The notes under the pieces: model-generated
Seen by the model: the letters and a program-made list of their open reading frames with translations, nothing else
Databases searched by the model: none
Told to the model about the DNA's origin: nothing
Translations under genes and position numbers: made by a program
Source of the DNA: Octopus vulgaris
Taxonomy: Eukaryota
Length of the DNA: 64,000 bases
Assembly (NCBI GenBank): GCA_951406725.2
Contig: OX597819.1
Span: forward strand, 56,482,001 to 56,546,000
Direction: 5' to 3'
In this document: piece after piece, positions 39,770 through 52,971 of the stretch
Numbering within the stretch: position 1 is the first letter of the stretch
How the letters are laid out: each line of letters begins with the position of its first letter

Positions 39770-40140
39770 ACCATAGGATACTTGAGGCCTCTGGAGCGTA
39801 AAGGACTAGAAAGAAGGAAAATAAATTTCTTATAAATTCAGAAGATATTGATTGACAGAGAGCTTAAATGACTGAATGCCATAGATCAAGGGAAAAGAAA
39901 GACGGTGATAGTAAGTTCCAGAAATTAGTACTTCGAGAAATGAGCTATTCGAATAGAAAAGACTAATAATTAACAGGAAGCTCAAGAAGGAAACAATGCA
40001 CGTGGGGAGAGAACTAGCTAGCACTCTTTAAGGTCTTGGAGGGGTTTTAAGACCAGAAAGATCACCAGAACAATAACTATAGAAATACTTATAGCACTTT
40101 TAAAGAACACAAAAGCTATTCAGAAAGTTTTCACATTATA
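39770..40140 (-). pseudogene. Decayed CR1/Jockey-group LINE ORF2 C-terminus
   Basis: CYKYFYSYCSGDLSGL..FYSNSSF..TNFWNLL..YGIQSFKLSVNQYLL resembles FYKYxxGxCSxELS..SFFPRTxxLWNSLP..YNLQSFKSxVN. Confidence 0.55.
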
Positions 40141-40954
40141 AAGCTATTCTCGACGACAGAATCCATCTGAAGTTATATTCCCTGAAGAATCAATACGAAG
40201 TTCTTTTTTTCTTACTTTTATAGGACATCACATTGTTCGTTGTACTAATTTTAGTTCCAATAGATCAATGATTTATTGCTTTCTTATTTGTTTAGTTATT
40301 TGTTACATATTACAATTTGTGAACTGTTGCATCATTGATTCAAAGCTTACAACATGTCAATCATTGTTTTACTAGATTTCCGACGGCGTATGTGTCAAAG
40401 CAACGTCATTAGTTTTTCGATTTCTTAACAATCTTTATATCGACATTCGTTCATCGCTTGTGTTCAGTGGAAAAACCTGAATATTCTTCGTGTTCCTTCT
40501 ATTGTCCAGCTCCTTGATACTCTATGTGCAAACCCTGCTTTTTTTTTTGTTACATTCCTTCGTGTGTCTTTTTATAAAGTTTAATCGTTGCTACCTCATT
40601 CCCTTTGAACAATTCGCCTGTGGCACATATATGGGCGTGGTCGCATGGTAAAAAGCTTGCTTCCCAAACACATGCTTCCAAGTTCAGTCCTAATGCTTGG
40701 GGAAACTGGCCTTATGTTAACCAAAGCCTCCTGGGTGGATTTGGTAGCCGGAAACTGAAAAAAGCCAGTCGTATTCATATATATATTTGTTTTCGCATTT
40801 GGTTTCCAAGATTTTGTATGTGAGTTCGTGTGTTGAATCATGTTCTGTTGTGTCTGGGGAGAGTCATTCTCTTTTAGTGCCTTATAATTTAACACATGCA
40901 CCGCTAAAATTTCCACTTATTTTCGTTGCGTCTTATATATATATATATTATATT

Positions 40955-41095
40955 AAATTAGAGACAAAACCACTATTAGGCAAATCAAACAATGAAAAGC
41001 TTATAATATAATATTTTACTATAAAATTGGATTCAATCCTAAATCTGATTTTTCCCTGTAAGTTTGGATTTATTCCCTAATATTTATTATATATA
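40955..41095 (-). mobile_element. Short (TA)n-flanked element sharing the PLE-like 3' terminus TAGTGGTTTTGTCTCTAAT
   Basis: Inverted copy at about 41590-41666; the same terminus occurs at 52951-52969, downstream of a hammerhead. Confidence 0.7.
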
Positions 41096-41097
41096 TA

Positions 41098-41296
41098 TGT
41101 AGTTGAAATTGACAGAAAAAAAAAAAAAAAAAATACAGGTGTATATACAACAAGCAAGTATATTAGCTAGACATTCGGAAATGTGAGAAAGTATTTTACG
41201 TTTCGAGCCTACGCTCTTCAACAGAAAGGAACGCGATGAAATAAACAGAGAGAGAATAAAAAAACTTTTGTAGTTAACAGTCGATCATGGCGACTA
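41098..41296 (-). mobile_element. Second copy of the short hammerhead-like element (motif at 41193-41228)
   Basis: Minus strand CTTT-CTGTTGA-A-GAGC-GTAG-GCTC-GAAA-CG-TA-AAAT. Confidence 0.65.
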
Positions 41297-41321
41297 TATA
41301 TACACACATACACACATACAT

Positions 41322-41377
<56 letters not shown>

Positions 41378-41386
41378 GTGTGTGTG

Positions 41387-41951
41387 TGCAGGAGGTGGGG
41401 TGTGGTAATTAGCTTGCTTACTCACCACATGGTTCCGGGTTTAATCCTACTGTATGATACTTTGGGCAAATATCTTGTACTATAGCGTCGGGCTGACTGA
41501 AGCCTTGTGAGTGTATTTATTGGACGGAAATTAAAAGAAGCCCGTCGTATATTTATATATATATATATATAATATTATATATATATATAATAAATATTAG
41601 GGAATAAATCCAAACTTGGCTTAAGTTTTTCATTGTATGATTTGCCTAATAGTGGTTTTATCTAATGTATTTTGCTTGAAAATCTATATATGAATATCCT
41701 GCAGAGTGAGAATTCATCGAGGAAGCGGAAGCCTACCACACGCCGACGATAGGCAATACACCTTGAAACCATGGTCCGTGTGTGGTTTCCGCTTCATCGG
41801 GGAATTACCTCCCTTTGCAGGTTAAGGACACCGTGACGGTGTCGGGCCTTTCTGGTGACGTCGATGTTCGCCTGGGGCTAAATGCAACAGTAACACCCCC
41901 ACCACCCTGCCCTGTCCCTAGCCATATTCAGATGGCTTTAGTCCCTTATGT

Positions 41952-42009
<58 letters not shown>

Positions 42010-42200
42010 TAGTTGTGTCGTCCCACCATCCCTTGATAACCGATGTTTTCGTCTCCATAAACTAGCGGTTCGGTAAAAGGACCCAATAGAATAACTACTA
42101 GGCTTACAAAGAATAAGTCCTGCGTTCGATATGTTCGACTAAGGGCGCTGCTCCAGCGTGACTACTGTCAAATGACTGGAACAATAAAAGAATGAAAGAA
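41387..42200 (+). mobile_element. SINE family B split by insertions into its internal (TA)n
   Basis: The 5' half (41387-41550) and 3' half (42010-42200) are separated by (TA)n-bounded foreign sequence. Confidence 0.8.
41698..41821 (+). ncRNA. Type I hammerhead-like motif (U4-to-C) in a long extended stem I
   Basis: CACACG(41737-42), CCGACGA, TAGG-CAATACA-CCTT, GAAA, CCATGG, TC, CGTGTG(41777-82). Stem III is the palindrome ACCATGGT. Outer pairings are GAAGCGGAA/TTCCGCTTC, AATTC/GAATT and CCTGCAGAG/CTTTGCAGG. Confidence 0.75.
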
Positions 42201-42349
42201 TATATATATAATCAGCAGTTTTCAATGTCTCACTAAATGTACCTTGGGTGTTAAGAAGCATCTACATTGATAGAAATAAGAGCTACACCGCTCTAATGCG
42301 ACCATAATTCTTCGAAAAATGCCGATCGAGAATTCTTAATGCCGACGTT

Positions 42350-42503
42350 ACTTGTTCCAGGCATTTGATTGCGGCCGTGCTATCGACCCAGAACTTATTC
42401 TTCATAAGCCTAGTAATTATTCCACAGTGCCTTTTGCCGAACCGCTAAGTTAACGTGTCGTAAACCCCAGCATCCGTTGTCAAGCGATGGTAATGAGACA
42501 AGG

Positions 42504-42562
<59 letters not shown>

Positions 42563-42725
42563 TTATATGTACAACATGGCTTCTTTCTGTTTTCGTCTGC
42601 CTCATCCACTTACAAAGCTTCCGTCGGCCCAAGGCTATAGAAGACACTTGCTCAAGATGCCACACAGTGGGATTGAACCATGGGGATGGGAAGCAAGCTT
42701 CTTATTACACACTCACACCTGCACC
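42350..42725 (-). mobile_element. SINE family B
   Basis: TTTTGCCGAACCGCTAAGTT...GGCTATAGAAGACACTTGC. Confidence 0.8.
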
Positions 42726-43994
42726 TATATATATATATATGCACACACACACACACACATGAAAAATGTTAACACAGTTTCCATATTCTATTCAAAATGT
42801 TTTGTTCGATCGTAGGCAATGTTGAAAGAGACATGTCAAAAAAAAATATGGAAAAAGATGAATAAAAAAACGTACAGCAGAGAAAGCGAGTCACGTTTTT
42901 GAAAAACGCCATTATTGATAGCCTAGCCGTCTCTGCACTTATATTATGGAGTGTGATGTAACTAACTCGCATTTGAGGTTACTTTCAATACTAATCTAAA
43001 CCGACCATATTTGCCTACATAATGTGAAAATGTCATTAGAATAAATAAATGAAATCAATAGCCATTCGCGTAATTATTTTCTTTAAACTTGTTTCGTGAC
43101 TTAATCAGCGAAAGTAAGCTAGGGAGAGGTTAATATCTTTGAACTTGAACTTATTAATACTACAAAGAAACAGAAATATGTATATGAAAGTTTTGTAAAA
43201 CCAGATACTATTTCTTTGCCATAGGAGATACTTCAGGGAAAAGTGAAAAGAAACATTTAGTAGAGATCTGTCAGAAAATAGACTGAAGCTGTTTCAACAT
43301 CCCTCTATATCAGGTAATTTCAACCAGCCCCCAAAACATAACGGGAAACATAAAAAATGCTGTGTCATCACGCAGATATGAATCTAGAAGGGTTAATAGA
43401 TTCCTAACATGTTTCCAGTACTATTACTTTAAGTAATAAAACCATCTTAAATTATCAAAAAATTGTGGGATACAGGTGGCTGCTTCCGGTCATAAAAAAT
43501 TTAGAATTGAGAATTCTTTCTCTTCGTCGACCTATGTGAAGTTGCATGGTCTAGTGCTTAGAGTGTTGCATTCGTGCCTGTAAGATCATGGCTTTGATTC
43601 TCGATTAGAGTGGTGCCTCGTGTTCTCGAGCAAAACATTTTAATATCATTTCATTTCCATTCAGCTGTAAATGATTTCTAACAATGTATGGGAAATTAAC
43701 CCTCTTCAAGCGGTAATCTGGTTAATCTTCGTCCTTAAGACTTCTCTGGATCATAACAGAGCTAAGTAAGTTCGGCCTATACATCTCATATAAGTCGACC
43801 TCTAAATATTCAGTACGTTCTTTTGTGTCCGTTCTTACTGGTGGCTGTCCTAGGGCTATAACTGAAGACTATAATATACATTCCGCATATTATAGTGAAA
43901 CATATAGTAGACCTCTTTTCCAAATACTTAGGTAAACTGTGCTCATTAATGACAGGGTAGTTTTAACTGAAGACTATAATATGCATGTCATATA

Positions 43995-44212
43995 TTGATT
44001 TCAAATTTTAGCACAAAGCCAGCAATTTCGATTGAGTGGGCAAGTCGATTACATCGATCCCGGTGTTCAATTGCTACTTAATTTATCGATCTCGAAAAGA
44101 TGATATGCAAAGTTAACCTCGGTGGAATTTAAGCACGGAACGTAAATACGAACGAAATGCTGCTAAAAAATTTTTCCTCGACGGGCTAACAATTCTGTAG
44201 CTCACTGCTTTA
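43995..44212 (-). mobile_element. SINE family A (diverged)
   Basis: Core motif match; another copy at 45885-46098. Confidence 0.75.
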
Positions 44213-44310
44213 TGCTTGCACTATATTAAACCAAACACAGCAATGATGGTAGTCGCAGTTTAACATTCTTATATATTGATATATTCGGACAAATGTTCTT
44301 ATATTCAGTT

Positions 44311-44348
44311 ATATCGACTGTTGTGTATTCCAGCCGTCTTCAGGTGAC
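44311..44348 (-). ncRNA. Truncated hammerhead remnant
   Basis: Minus strand GTCAC-CTGAAGA-C-GGCTG-loop-CAGTC-GATA. Stem III and the 3' strand of stem I are missing. Confidence 0.4.
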
Positions 44349-44499
44349 TGCAGTACTCGGTAATAATGTTTTCAGTTATTTCCCTGCTTGTGATACCGCT
44401 ACTTTGCTATTTTTTAATCAAAGCTAATTGACCAAGGAGCGTAACCCAAGACTCATAGCTAAACTAATATTCTGAGACATTCATTATATTTTAAGAGTA

Positions 44500-44700
44500 C
44501 GAGAGGGTGCTGAAAATTTCTTGGATTAAAGGGTATCACAAAAGGCCTTCCTAGTTCTTTTACAGGGCTTAGAAAAACTGAATGACCGCTGCAATGCGTG
44601 TGTGAATCTTAGAGGGGAATATGTTGAATAAAATCATAATTAACTGATCCTCCTGTACTTTCTTTTACCCAAAGCCAAGGATTTCTCATACGCCCTCCCA
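44500..44700 (+). mobile_element. Mariner MITE (third family)
   Basis: Begins TA-CGAGAGGGTGCTGAAAATTTCTTGG and ends CCAAGGATTTCTCATACGCCCTC. Encodes the remnant GLEKLNDRCNACVNLRGEYVE*. Confidence 0.75.
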
Positions 44701-44829
44701 AGTGTTTATCTAATGGTTGTGAAATACGACGCAATGGTATCGAACACTTAGGCAAATATTGCAAAGGGAAAAGCTTTTAATGTCATAGCTATGCAACACT
44801 CATCTTGGTCACCACTGTTACCGTAGCTG

Positions 44830-45305
44830 CTGTTGTTCTTCTTCTTGCCACAAAGAATAATCTCTAATTCGAGTCTACTCTAAGCTACTAAGAATGCGTG
44901 TGGCAACTTGAAGATCCACCAACCACACACGATACACTGGCGGTTGCACGGGCGCGAAAGCTACGTTGTTATCCTCATTCCGTAAACGGTGGCTTTTAAC
45001 GGGTGGAGAGCTGAACCATCCTGGGGTACAGAGGATTCGCAATCTAGACTAGGGTCTGAAAGTTTACCACACCATAGTGGGTTACATCATGGTTCCTCTG
45101 CTTTGTGGAAGAAGTAGGAAGAAAGAGTGAGAGAAAGGTGTGGTGAAAGAGTACAGCGGGATTCATCGCTAACCCCCGCCGGAGCCTCGTAGAGCTTAGG
45201 TGTTTTTGCTCAATAAACACTCACAATGCCCGGTCTGGGAATCGAAACCGGGGTTCTTACGACCTCGAGTCCGCAGCCCTGACCACTGGGCCATTGCGCC
45301 TCCTC
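44830..45305 (-). mobile_element. SINE family C
   Basis: Minus-strand head GGAGGCGCAATGGCCCAGTGGTCAGGG...GGTTTCGATTCCCAGACCGGGC; related copy at about 55100-55385. Confidence 0.82.
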
Positions 45306-48300
45306 CGTAGCTGTTGTTGCTGCTGTTCAGCTCTCATCAATCCTATTTAACATCAACTATATTCCTTTTCATAATATCCAATACTTTGTCTAATATGTAA
45401 CAACACTTTCTCCAGTGTATGAATTAAGAAAGAAAATCCATTAAGATGGTATGGTGGAATTTGAGAAATTTTTGTCTCGTCTTCGCTTCTGTTTAATTGG
45501 TAGTGTTTCAGTCTGTTGTGATCCTCCCAGTTTAACGATATTGTAAAGGATAAAAATCTATCTAAATAATCCTCTCTCAGTAATAGAATTATATTAAATT
45601 GATGAATATTTCATTGGTTTTGTTGTAGATTGTAAACAATGATGTAAGATGTACTATCTGCAGTAGGCCATATGGAAACATTGATCTAACATCCGCGTAG
45701 TCTATGGTAAATTCGACATATACAACACTTCTATATTATCATGTAACTGAGCATAACTATTATGCCTAATTCAGCTTTTATTCGCAGAGATCTGAAGCAC
45801 AGCACTTTAAGTTAACCAGCTATTCATAAATTAAAATCTGCGCTTTATCTATTTCTTTCAATCATTGCACATATCGATCCAAGTTCTTTTCTACTCTAGG
45901 CACCAGGCCCGAAATTTTGGAAGAAGGAGCAGTCAATTAGATCGACCCCAGTACGTAACTGGTACTTAATTTATCGACCCCAAAAGGATGAAAGGCAAAG
46001 CCGACCTCGGCGGAATTTCAGCTCAGAACGTAGTGGCAGACGAAATACCGCCTATTATTTAGCCCGGCGTGCTAACGTTTCTGCCAGCTCGCCGCCTTTC
46101 GACACAAGTTCTTATTATAAACCTGGTATTTATTCTCCCGGCTTATTTGGCCGAACTTAAGTTATGATCCATGAAGAAGCATCTCTATTTAGCAAGCAGT
46201 GTAGTGGGGGTATAGACAGAAAGACACACACATATACATACATACATGTGTATATACAACGGGCTTCAACACAATTTCTCTCTAAGAAATTTACTCACAA
46301 GGCATTGGTCATCTTATGGTTGCAAAGAAACTATCTTAAATACACAGCTAAGCCTGCGTCTTTGTAAATTACCTATTGAAATGAGATCCTACGTAATCAT
46401 ATATTCTCTTCCATTGAGAGTCATATTGTTTTGCCACTGAGACGTTGGCTTTGACACTTTTTGCTTTTTGTAGTAGGAAAGTAATTCTAACGGTAGAATA
46501 AAACAAACAGTTGTAGGCCCTATAAATTCGCTCTGGAAGATTATAGTTAACAGTTTTAGGTCATATAAATTGACTCCGGAAGATTGAACTGGGTATTTTG
46601 AACTCAGAACGCATTGCGAGACCTTGTCAACACCATTGTCCAATACGATATTTTATTTGTAAAATGGTGACTTGTAAACTGGAATGTTTGTCGATAGGGA
46701 ATAATATAAGTTGAATCGACGAAACATATGTTCCAGAATACCGGAAATTTTAAAAGAAAAATCAGTCCTGATGTGATTCGAACTCAGAAAGTTGAAAGAC
46801 AAAGTAAACACTCAACATTAATTTAGACGAGTGTTTCTATCTCTTCGCTCTTTTCCACGAAAGGAAAAAAAATGTTTCATTCAACAAATTATCATGTAAC
46901 CCATGAAATTGTTCAGACTCACCCGAAGACACACTTTTCAGTTAGAGATTAATAGCTTCCGATCACCTTCGCTATGACGAGATATGCTGCTAGCAGGATT
47001 AATCCAGCGAATGTTAAGTGTCTTCACTATCCGTAATGAATGATACTTGGCAACGTGTCGATAAAATATGTAATTTAAATTGCATTTGGTGTTCGATTAA
47101 AAATTCTATTTTTAGAGCACTCCAAGTGTTTCATTATATCTGTGTCAACAGAATTGTTTAAGCATAATTTCAAAGAATCCCAATTTACATAAATGATTAT
47201 TGCAAATGGAATGAAAAACTGATATAACGTAATTTCGAAAATCCTGTAAAACGTTTTGCTGTATCACAAGATTAATGAATGAATGAACATAGTTGGCATT
47301 CATTCTATCTGTTATATTGTCATTGTTATCTATTTAGTGATATTTGTTAAATGTGGAATGTTAATAATATTCTATAATTGCTATGCTAATGTGTTTTAGA
47401 ATTTGCTGGAAAGAACGATGTAAGAGCGCAAACTCCAGTTTATGATCGAAGCGATTTCACTGAATTACATTGCTTAAATCTTACGACTCTCTGGTACAAC
47501 TGTTAGCAATGGTAACGATTTAGTATACTTTTCCAATCAGGCAATTATTAAGAACTAGGAAGTAAGTTCTCATCCAATCCAATATTAAGTTCGAATTTGA
47601 GTCACTGTTGAAGCCACGTTATTTCTCTCCATACCATTAATGTTCTAGAGAAAGACATTAAGCTGTTAATATCGCTTTCTTCCCAATAAGTCTGTGGTTT
47701 TACGTTTAGTCAATACAAGTAATTATGTTTTTAGTTCATATGAGTGAATGCATACATGGTCGAGTCTATATTGTTGCGGAAAACAAGCCATAGTTCGGAT
47801 GATGTCACCTGTATCACCACAAATATATTATATCATAACAAGGATTATTATCGTATAATATACTAGCTTCTCCGTGATACAATTTGAAATTTTTTGAAGA
47901 ACAATCGCTGTATTTCTGGTACAGTACTTTATACTACATTCTATTATTTTAGATAAAATCCCAATAGATAATGGTTTATATCAGAATGTTAACAGCGCGC
48001 TTTAAAGCTGAGGAAAATTTCATAGATTTACTTCACGAATGATACTCATTACATATATGAACCAATTAGTACAAATTAATTTATGTATTTATGAATGCAT
48101 GTCTTACAACGATGGTTTTGTGAACAGTACCAAAATAGAGAAATCCACCATCTTCCTCATCTGCTTTTCAACCAACTCCACAATACATACACTTAACAAA
48201 TTTCTTTCAATCTTACTATTTTCTACCCCTCCTGGTCTACCACATGCATAAACACACACCGAATACCAAAGTATCTTGAGAGAAACAAAACCTCCAGCCA

Positions 48301-48499
48301 TGACTGTGTCTCTATTGCCCTCATATATTGTACCCTGGAGCTATCCTATACCCTTTAAAACTTACAGATTCTCACTCTCTGTATTGTATCTAACCTAATA
48401 TTTAGAAACACTCAATAATGAGTATCAACCTCAACAAATTCCACTTCTCCGATCGTGCGAACTATCGTCCAAATGCACTTATTTGTAACATGTAAAGTA

Positions 48500-48900
48500 A
48501 AGATGTAAATTATCTAATCAAGTTATATACAATGTTTTCCAACTCCTTAAAATCCTTTTGGTGACCTCCAATATATTTTTCTCAAAACCAGATCCATGCC
48601 TAGCCTATTCTTTCTTGTCAGTTACCAGTGACTTGTTACACTGAAGAAACTTCGCAAAGGAATATTATCGCCCTTCACGTTGGCGGAGCAGTTTACCGTG
48701 TCTGTGTGCAAATCTCCGATCGAGATTTCCTCTATAGGATCAATCCATCTTTCATGTATTCAATCAGTTGCTTCCTATCAGACCGTATTATTGATGTCTA
48801 ATGACAGCTCTTTCTGTCTGTCGTTCTGGCGTTGTGCTCAAAGGATGGGTTTCGTCTCTCACTCTCTTCTTTCTATACTCCAATTATTTACTTTTCCCCA
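48500..48900 (+). pseudogene. Ancient CR1/Jockey-group RT remnant
   Basis: FLKTRSM..LHVGGAVYRV..SISCFLSDRIIDV..SGVVLKGWVSSLTLFFLY parallels FRxxRST..LDISKAFDRV..ISSFLSDRxIxV..SGVPQGSVLSPTLFLL. Confidence 0.5.
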
Positions 48901-49563
48901 CATTAAGTGAAATCTAGTCTTAGGAAGATAATATTAATTTCAACATCTGGCAATTTTGGAGCAGTCGGTAATTCGATTACAGCAACCCTAATGTTTAAAT
49001 GGTACTTGGACAAAGTCGACCTGCTGCTACTCTATGCATATACATTCTAGAACACATCCGGGAAAGGGGCACCCCACTGACTCACTCCACTGACAAATAA
49101 CTCACAGAGACATGGTAATATTAGTCTCAAAAGCAGCCTGCCTCTTCTCTGTCCTTGCCTTTTGTATCGATTCAATACTGGATTCTTCTCCTTGTAGCTC
49201 TCTCATACCACTTCTACTCAGGCATTCTCGCACTTCAGTCAAACGATTACTCTTAGTAATCGCAGTTCTGTCTAACGTCTCATGCCTCACACAAGCTAAT
49301 GCACCTAGTACGTACTTCCTTCCTTCTTTCCTTGCTTGCTTGCTTCCTTCCTTTCTTCTTTCCCATGACGTCAGCCATCCGCAATTCGTGTTCGTTTAGA
49401 AACTTTAAGAAATCTCACTGATGTCGGAGGAACTGCAAAAGTAATGGACAATGTCCATGGGCAATACCTCATCTTCCACAGCCAAAATGTTGCTTATATG
49501 CATGTATGTATGTATGTATAAACATATATACATATTTATACGATCCTATCAACATATAATCAT

Positions 49564-49658
<95 letters not shown>

Positions 49659-50414
49659 ATGTATATATAATACACACGCACGTACACATAAACACGCATA
49701 CCCAAATATACACATGTACGAGTTAGCCTGACTAAGAGTGGAAACTGACTTTCTCGCACGCTTCGAGATGTTTACGATATCACGTTTTGAAGCTGTGAAT
49801 GCTTAATACAGAGATGACAGAGAGCAAATTGTTCACGTAAGCCACAAACGCATTACAGTTCCTTTATATGGTGTACATACAAAGCGATATATCGACATGT
49901 TGTAAAATATATATAAAAAAAAATCAAACGGCGTTTCTTTATTTAGCATTGTTTACTTGTAAGTTTGAAGTACAAAAATCTTGCTGAATATAATGGCCAT
50001 CAATTTTCTGAAACCAATTTGCTTTTCATGAATGTTGAAATCGAATCATACATCAAAAGATATTATAAACAAGGAATGAAATTGTTCAATTATTCTTGTA
50101 GATTTTTATTTTTATTTTTATTTTTGGTTTTGTTATTTATTTTCATTTATCAGCGCGTCAATTTTTTTTTTTTTTATCTTTGGACACGTTGTACAAGGAA
50201 AAAAATGATAATACGTTTATGAGAGATGCGTGATACAGCACAAACACATGTCGAAAGTCATTAACTGAGCAATGTTTTATAACTGACGTTTCACAACAAT
50301 GATTTACATTGGAGTCAATTTGCTTGTCATTTTATAGCAATATATTTCCAGATGGGACACAAAGTAAAAAAAAAACAAACAAAAAAACAATTCATCAAAT
50401 ATATTATCCACTTT

Positions 50415-50453
50415 AAAATGGCGGCTACGTTGTTTGACGTCATTCGAGTCAGT
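50415..50453 (+). promoter_or_regulatory. Candidate cis-regulatory cluster (YY1-like + CRE)
   Basis: AAAATGGCGGC at 50415-25 and TGACGTCA at 50435-42, in unique sequence. Motif match only. Confidence 0.3.
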
Positions 50454-50641
50454 CTATGTCTGTTTTGAGATTTGTTATTTTTATACATATACATGAATAA
50501 TACATAATGTATAATTTTAAAAAAAGAACAAAACGCGCACATATACATATAAAGACATACATTTGTCTATAAATACAATATATGTGTAAATATATTTATA
50601 CATGCATATGCATAAAACATACAACACACAAACACACACAC

Positions 50642-50700
<59 letters not shown>

Positions 50701-50828
50701 TATAATACATATATATATAATATATATGCATATATATATATAATACATATATGTAATATATATTATGTATATGTATATTGCATATATATAATATATATAT
50801 ACATACATACATATAATATATATATGTA

Positions 50829-50887
<59 letters not shown>

Positions 50888-51208
50888 CTAATCGAACATT
50901 TCAGTTTATCTGTTTTAATCTGTTGATAAGATAAGATGTGACATGAAGTTGATGAGATTAAATTCTACTTTCGTCAGCTTTTTGTCATACTTTAAATATC
51001 CAAAGAGAATTTACAAGATGGTAGACATGTGATTTACAACATACTTACATACCTTATTGATTCTTTTAATTAGAGAATTCTGCTGTAGTATTTATCAAAA
51101 ATTCTTGTTGATAAGGTACATGAAACGAATAAAAAAGAATAGAAACAATCATATAAGAACGTAGTATATGGGTCAATGAACATTCTATTAAGATGCCTAC
51201 ATGTATGT

Positions 51209-51259
<51 letters not shown>

Positions 51260-51260
<1 letters not shown>

Positions 51261-52971
51261 TTTGCCTGTGTGTGTGTTTGTGTGTGAATGTGTATATGGG
51301 TTTGTTATTTAGGTTTTGGGATGTATGTGTTAATTTGTCTGTGTGTGGAGGGAGTGGATTTTGGTGTATATTGAGGTTTATAAGTTAGTATAGGTATGTG
51401 TATAAGTCGTGGGTCTGTGGTTTACGTGTGTGTATTTGTGTGTGAATGTTTAGGTTAGGGGGATTGCTATATAGGTTTGTTATAGAGTTTAGCAAAGGGA
51501 GATTTTATCGTTATATGTTTTTAAGAGTTTTGGTTTATCATGGTTTTTTTAGGGAATTCGTGGTAATTTGTCTATTTTCGATGTTGGTTGTTTTATTGCA
51601 TTGTTTCATTCATAATTTTTGAGTGGTGTTCGTTTTGCCACGTGAATATTATTTTTAATTCCATTTATTCCATTTCTCCATTCATTAATTTAGAGATGTT
51701 CGTTTCCGGAGCGGTTATACTTTTTATACATATGTTAAGTTCCTTGGTAAAGTAATTTTGTTTGGTGTATATGTTGAGGCTTATATGTACTTGTGGGTGT
51801 GTGTGAGTGGGGTGGGTGTTTGTATTTGTTATGGGTGTGTGGTTTACATGTGTGTTTTTGTGTGTGAATGTATAGGTTAAAGGGATTGCTATATAAGTAT
51901 GTTATAGTGTTTAGTAAAGGGAGGTTTTATCATTTCTGTTTTGTGAGTTTTAGCTTATCATGGTAGTTTTATAAAAGAATCCATTCATAATTTTTGTGTT
52001 TATTTGTCTGTGTGGGGTTGAGTGGGTTTTTGGAGTATATGTTGAGGTTTATATGTATGTATTGGTATGTGTAAGTGGTGTGGGTATTTGTATATGTCGT
52101 GGGTGTGTGGTTTACGTGTGTGTATTTGTGTGTGAATGTTTAGGTTAGGGGGATTGCTATATAGGTATGTTATAGAGTTTAGTAAAGGGAGATTTTATCA
52201 TTATATGTTTTTGTGAGTTTTGGTTTATCATGGTAGGTTTGTTAAGGAATTCGTAGTAATTTGTGTATATTTGCGATGTCTGTTGTTTTATTGCATTGTT
52301 TCATTCATAATTTTTAAGTAGTGTTCGTTTTACCAAGTGAATATAATTTTTAATTCCATTTATTCCATTTCTCCGTTCATAATTTTGAGTGATGTCCGTT
52401 TTCTAGAGCGTGAATGTGGGTTGTATGTGTGTGTGTGTGGGAGTATGAATAAGTATTGTGTTGAAGTATTTAGCTATTTTATTTATTTATAGTTGCCTAG
52501 ACGTTTTTATGTGTATGTATAGGGATATATATATAGGTGTGTGGTTTAGTGTATGTAGTTAGATATGGTTATATATAATTAGGTATATGTGTATGGGTGT
52601 ATATATAGTTTATTATTATATTATTATTATTTTTTTGTTTTGTTTTATATTTTATATTTTATATTTTATATTTAATTGTTGATAGGTTTATTTTAGTTTA
52701 TATATTGTTTATATATTGATTATATATGGATTATATATAGGTTATATATGGATTATATATTTATATTTTTTCATTCATACTTTAATTATTTTAAAATTAT
52801 TATTTGTATATTTTAAAATATTGATATTTTAGATTGAAGTCCACCTGAAGATTGTCGATCAAGACAAGAAACGATTGTAGTGGCGGTTTTTTTGACTATT
52901 TATTAAAATTTTATGTATTGATTAAGTCTTTCCTTGTTTGTTTTGCAAAATAGTGGTTTTGTCTCTAATAA

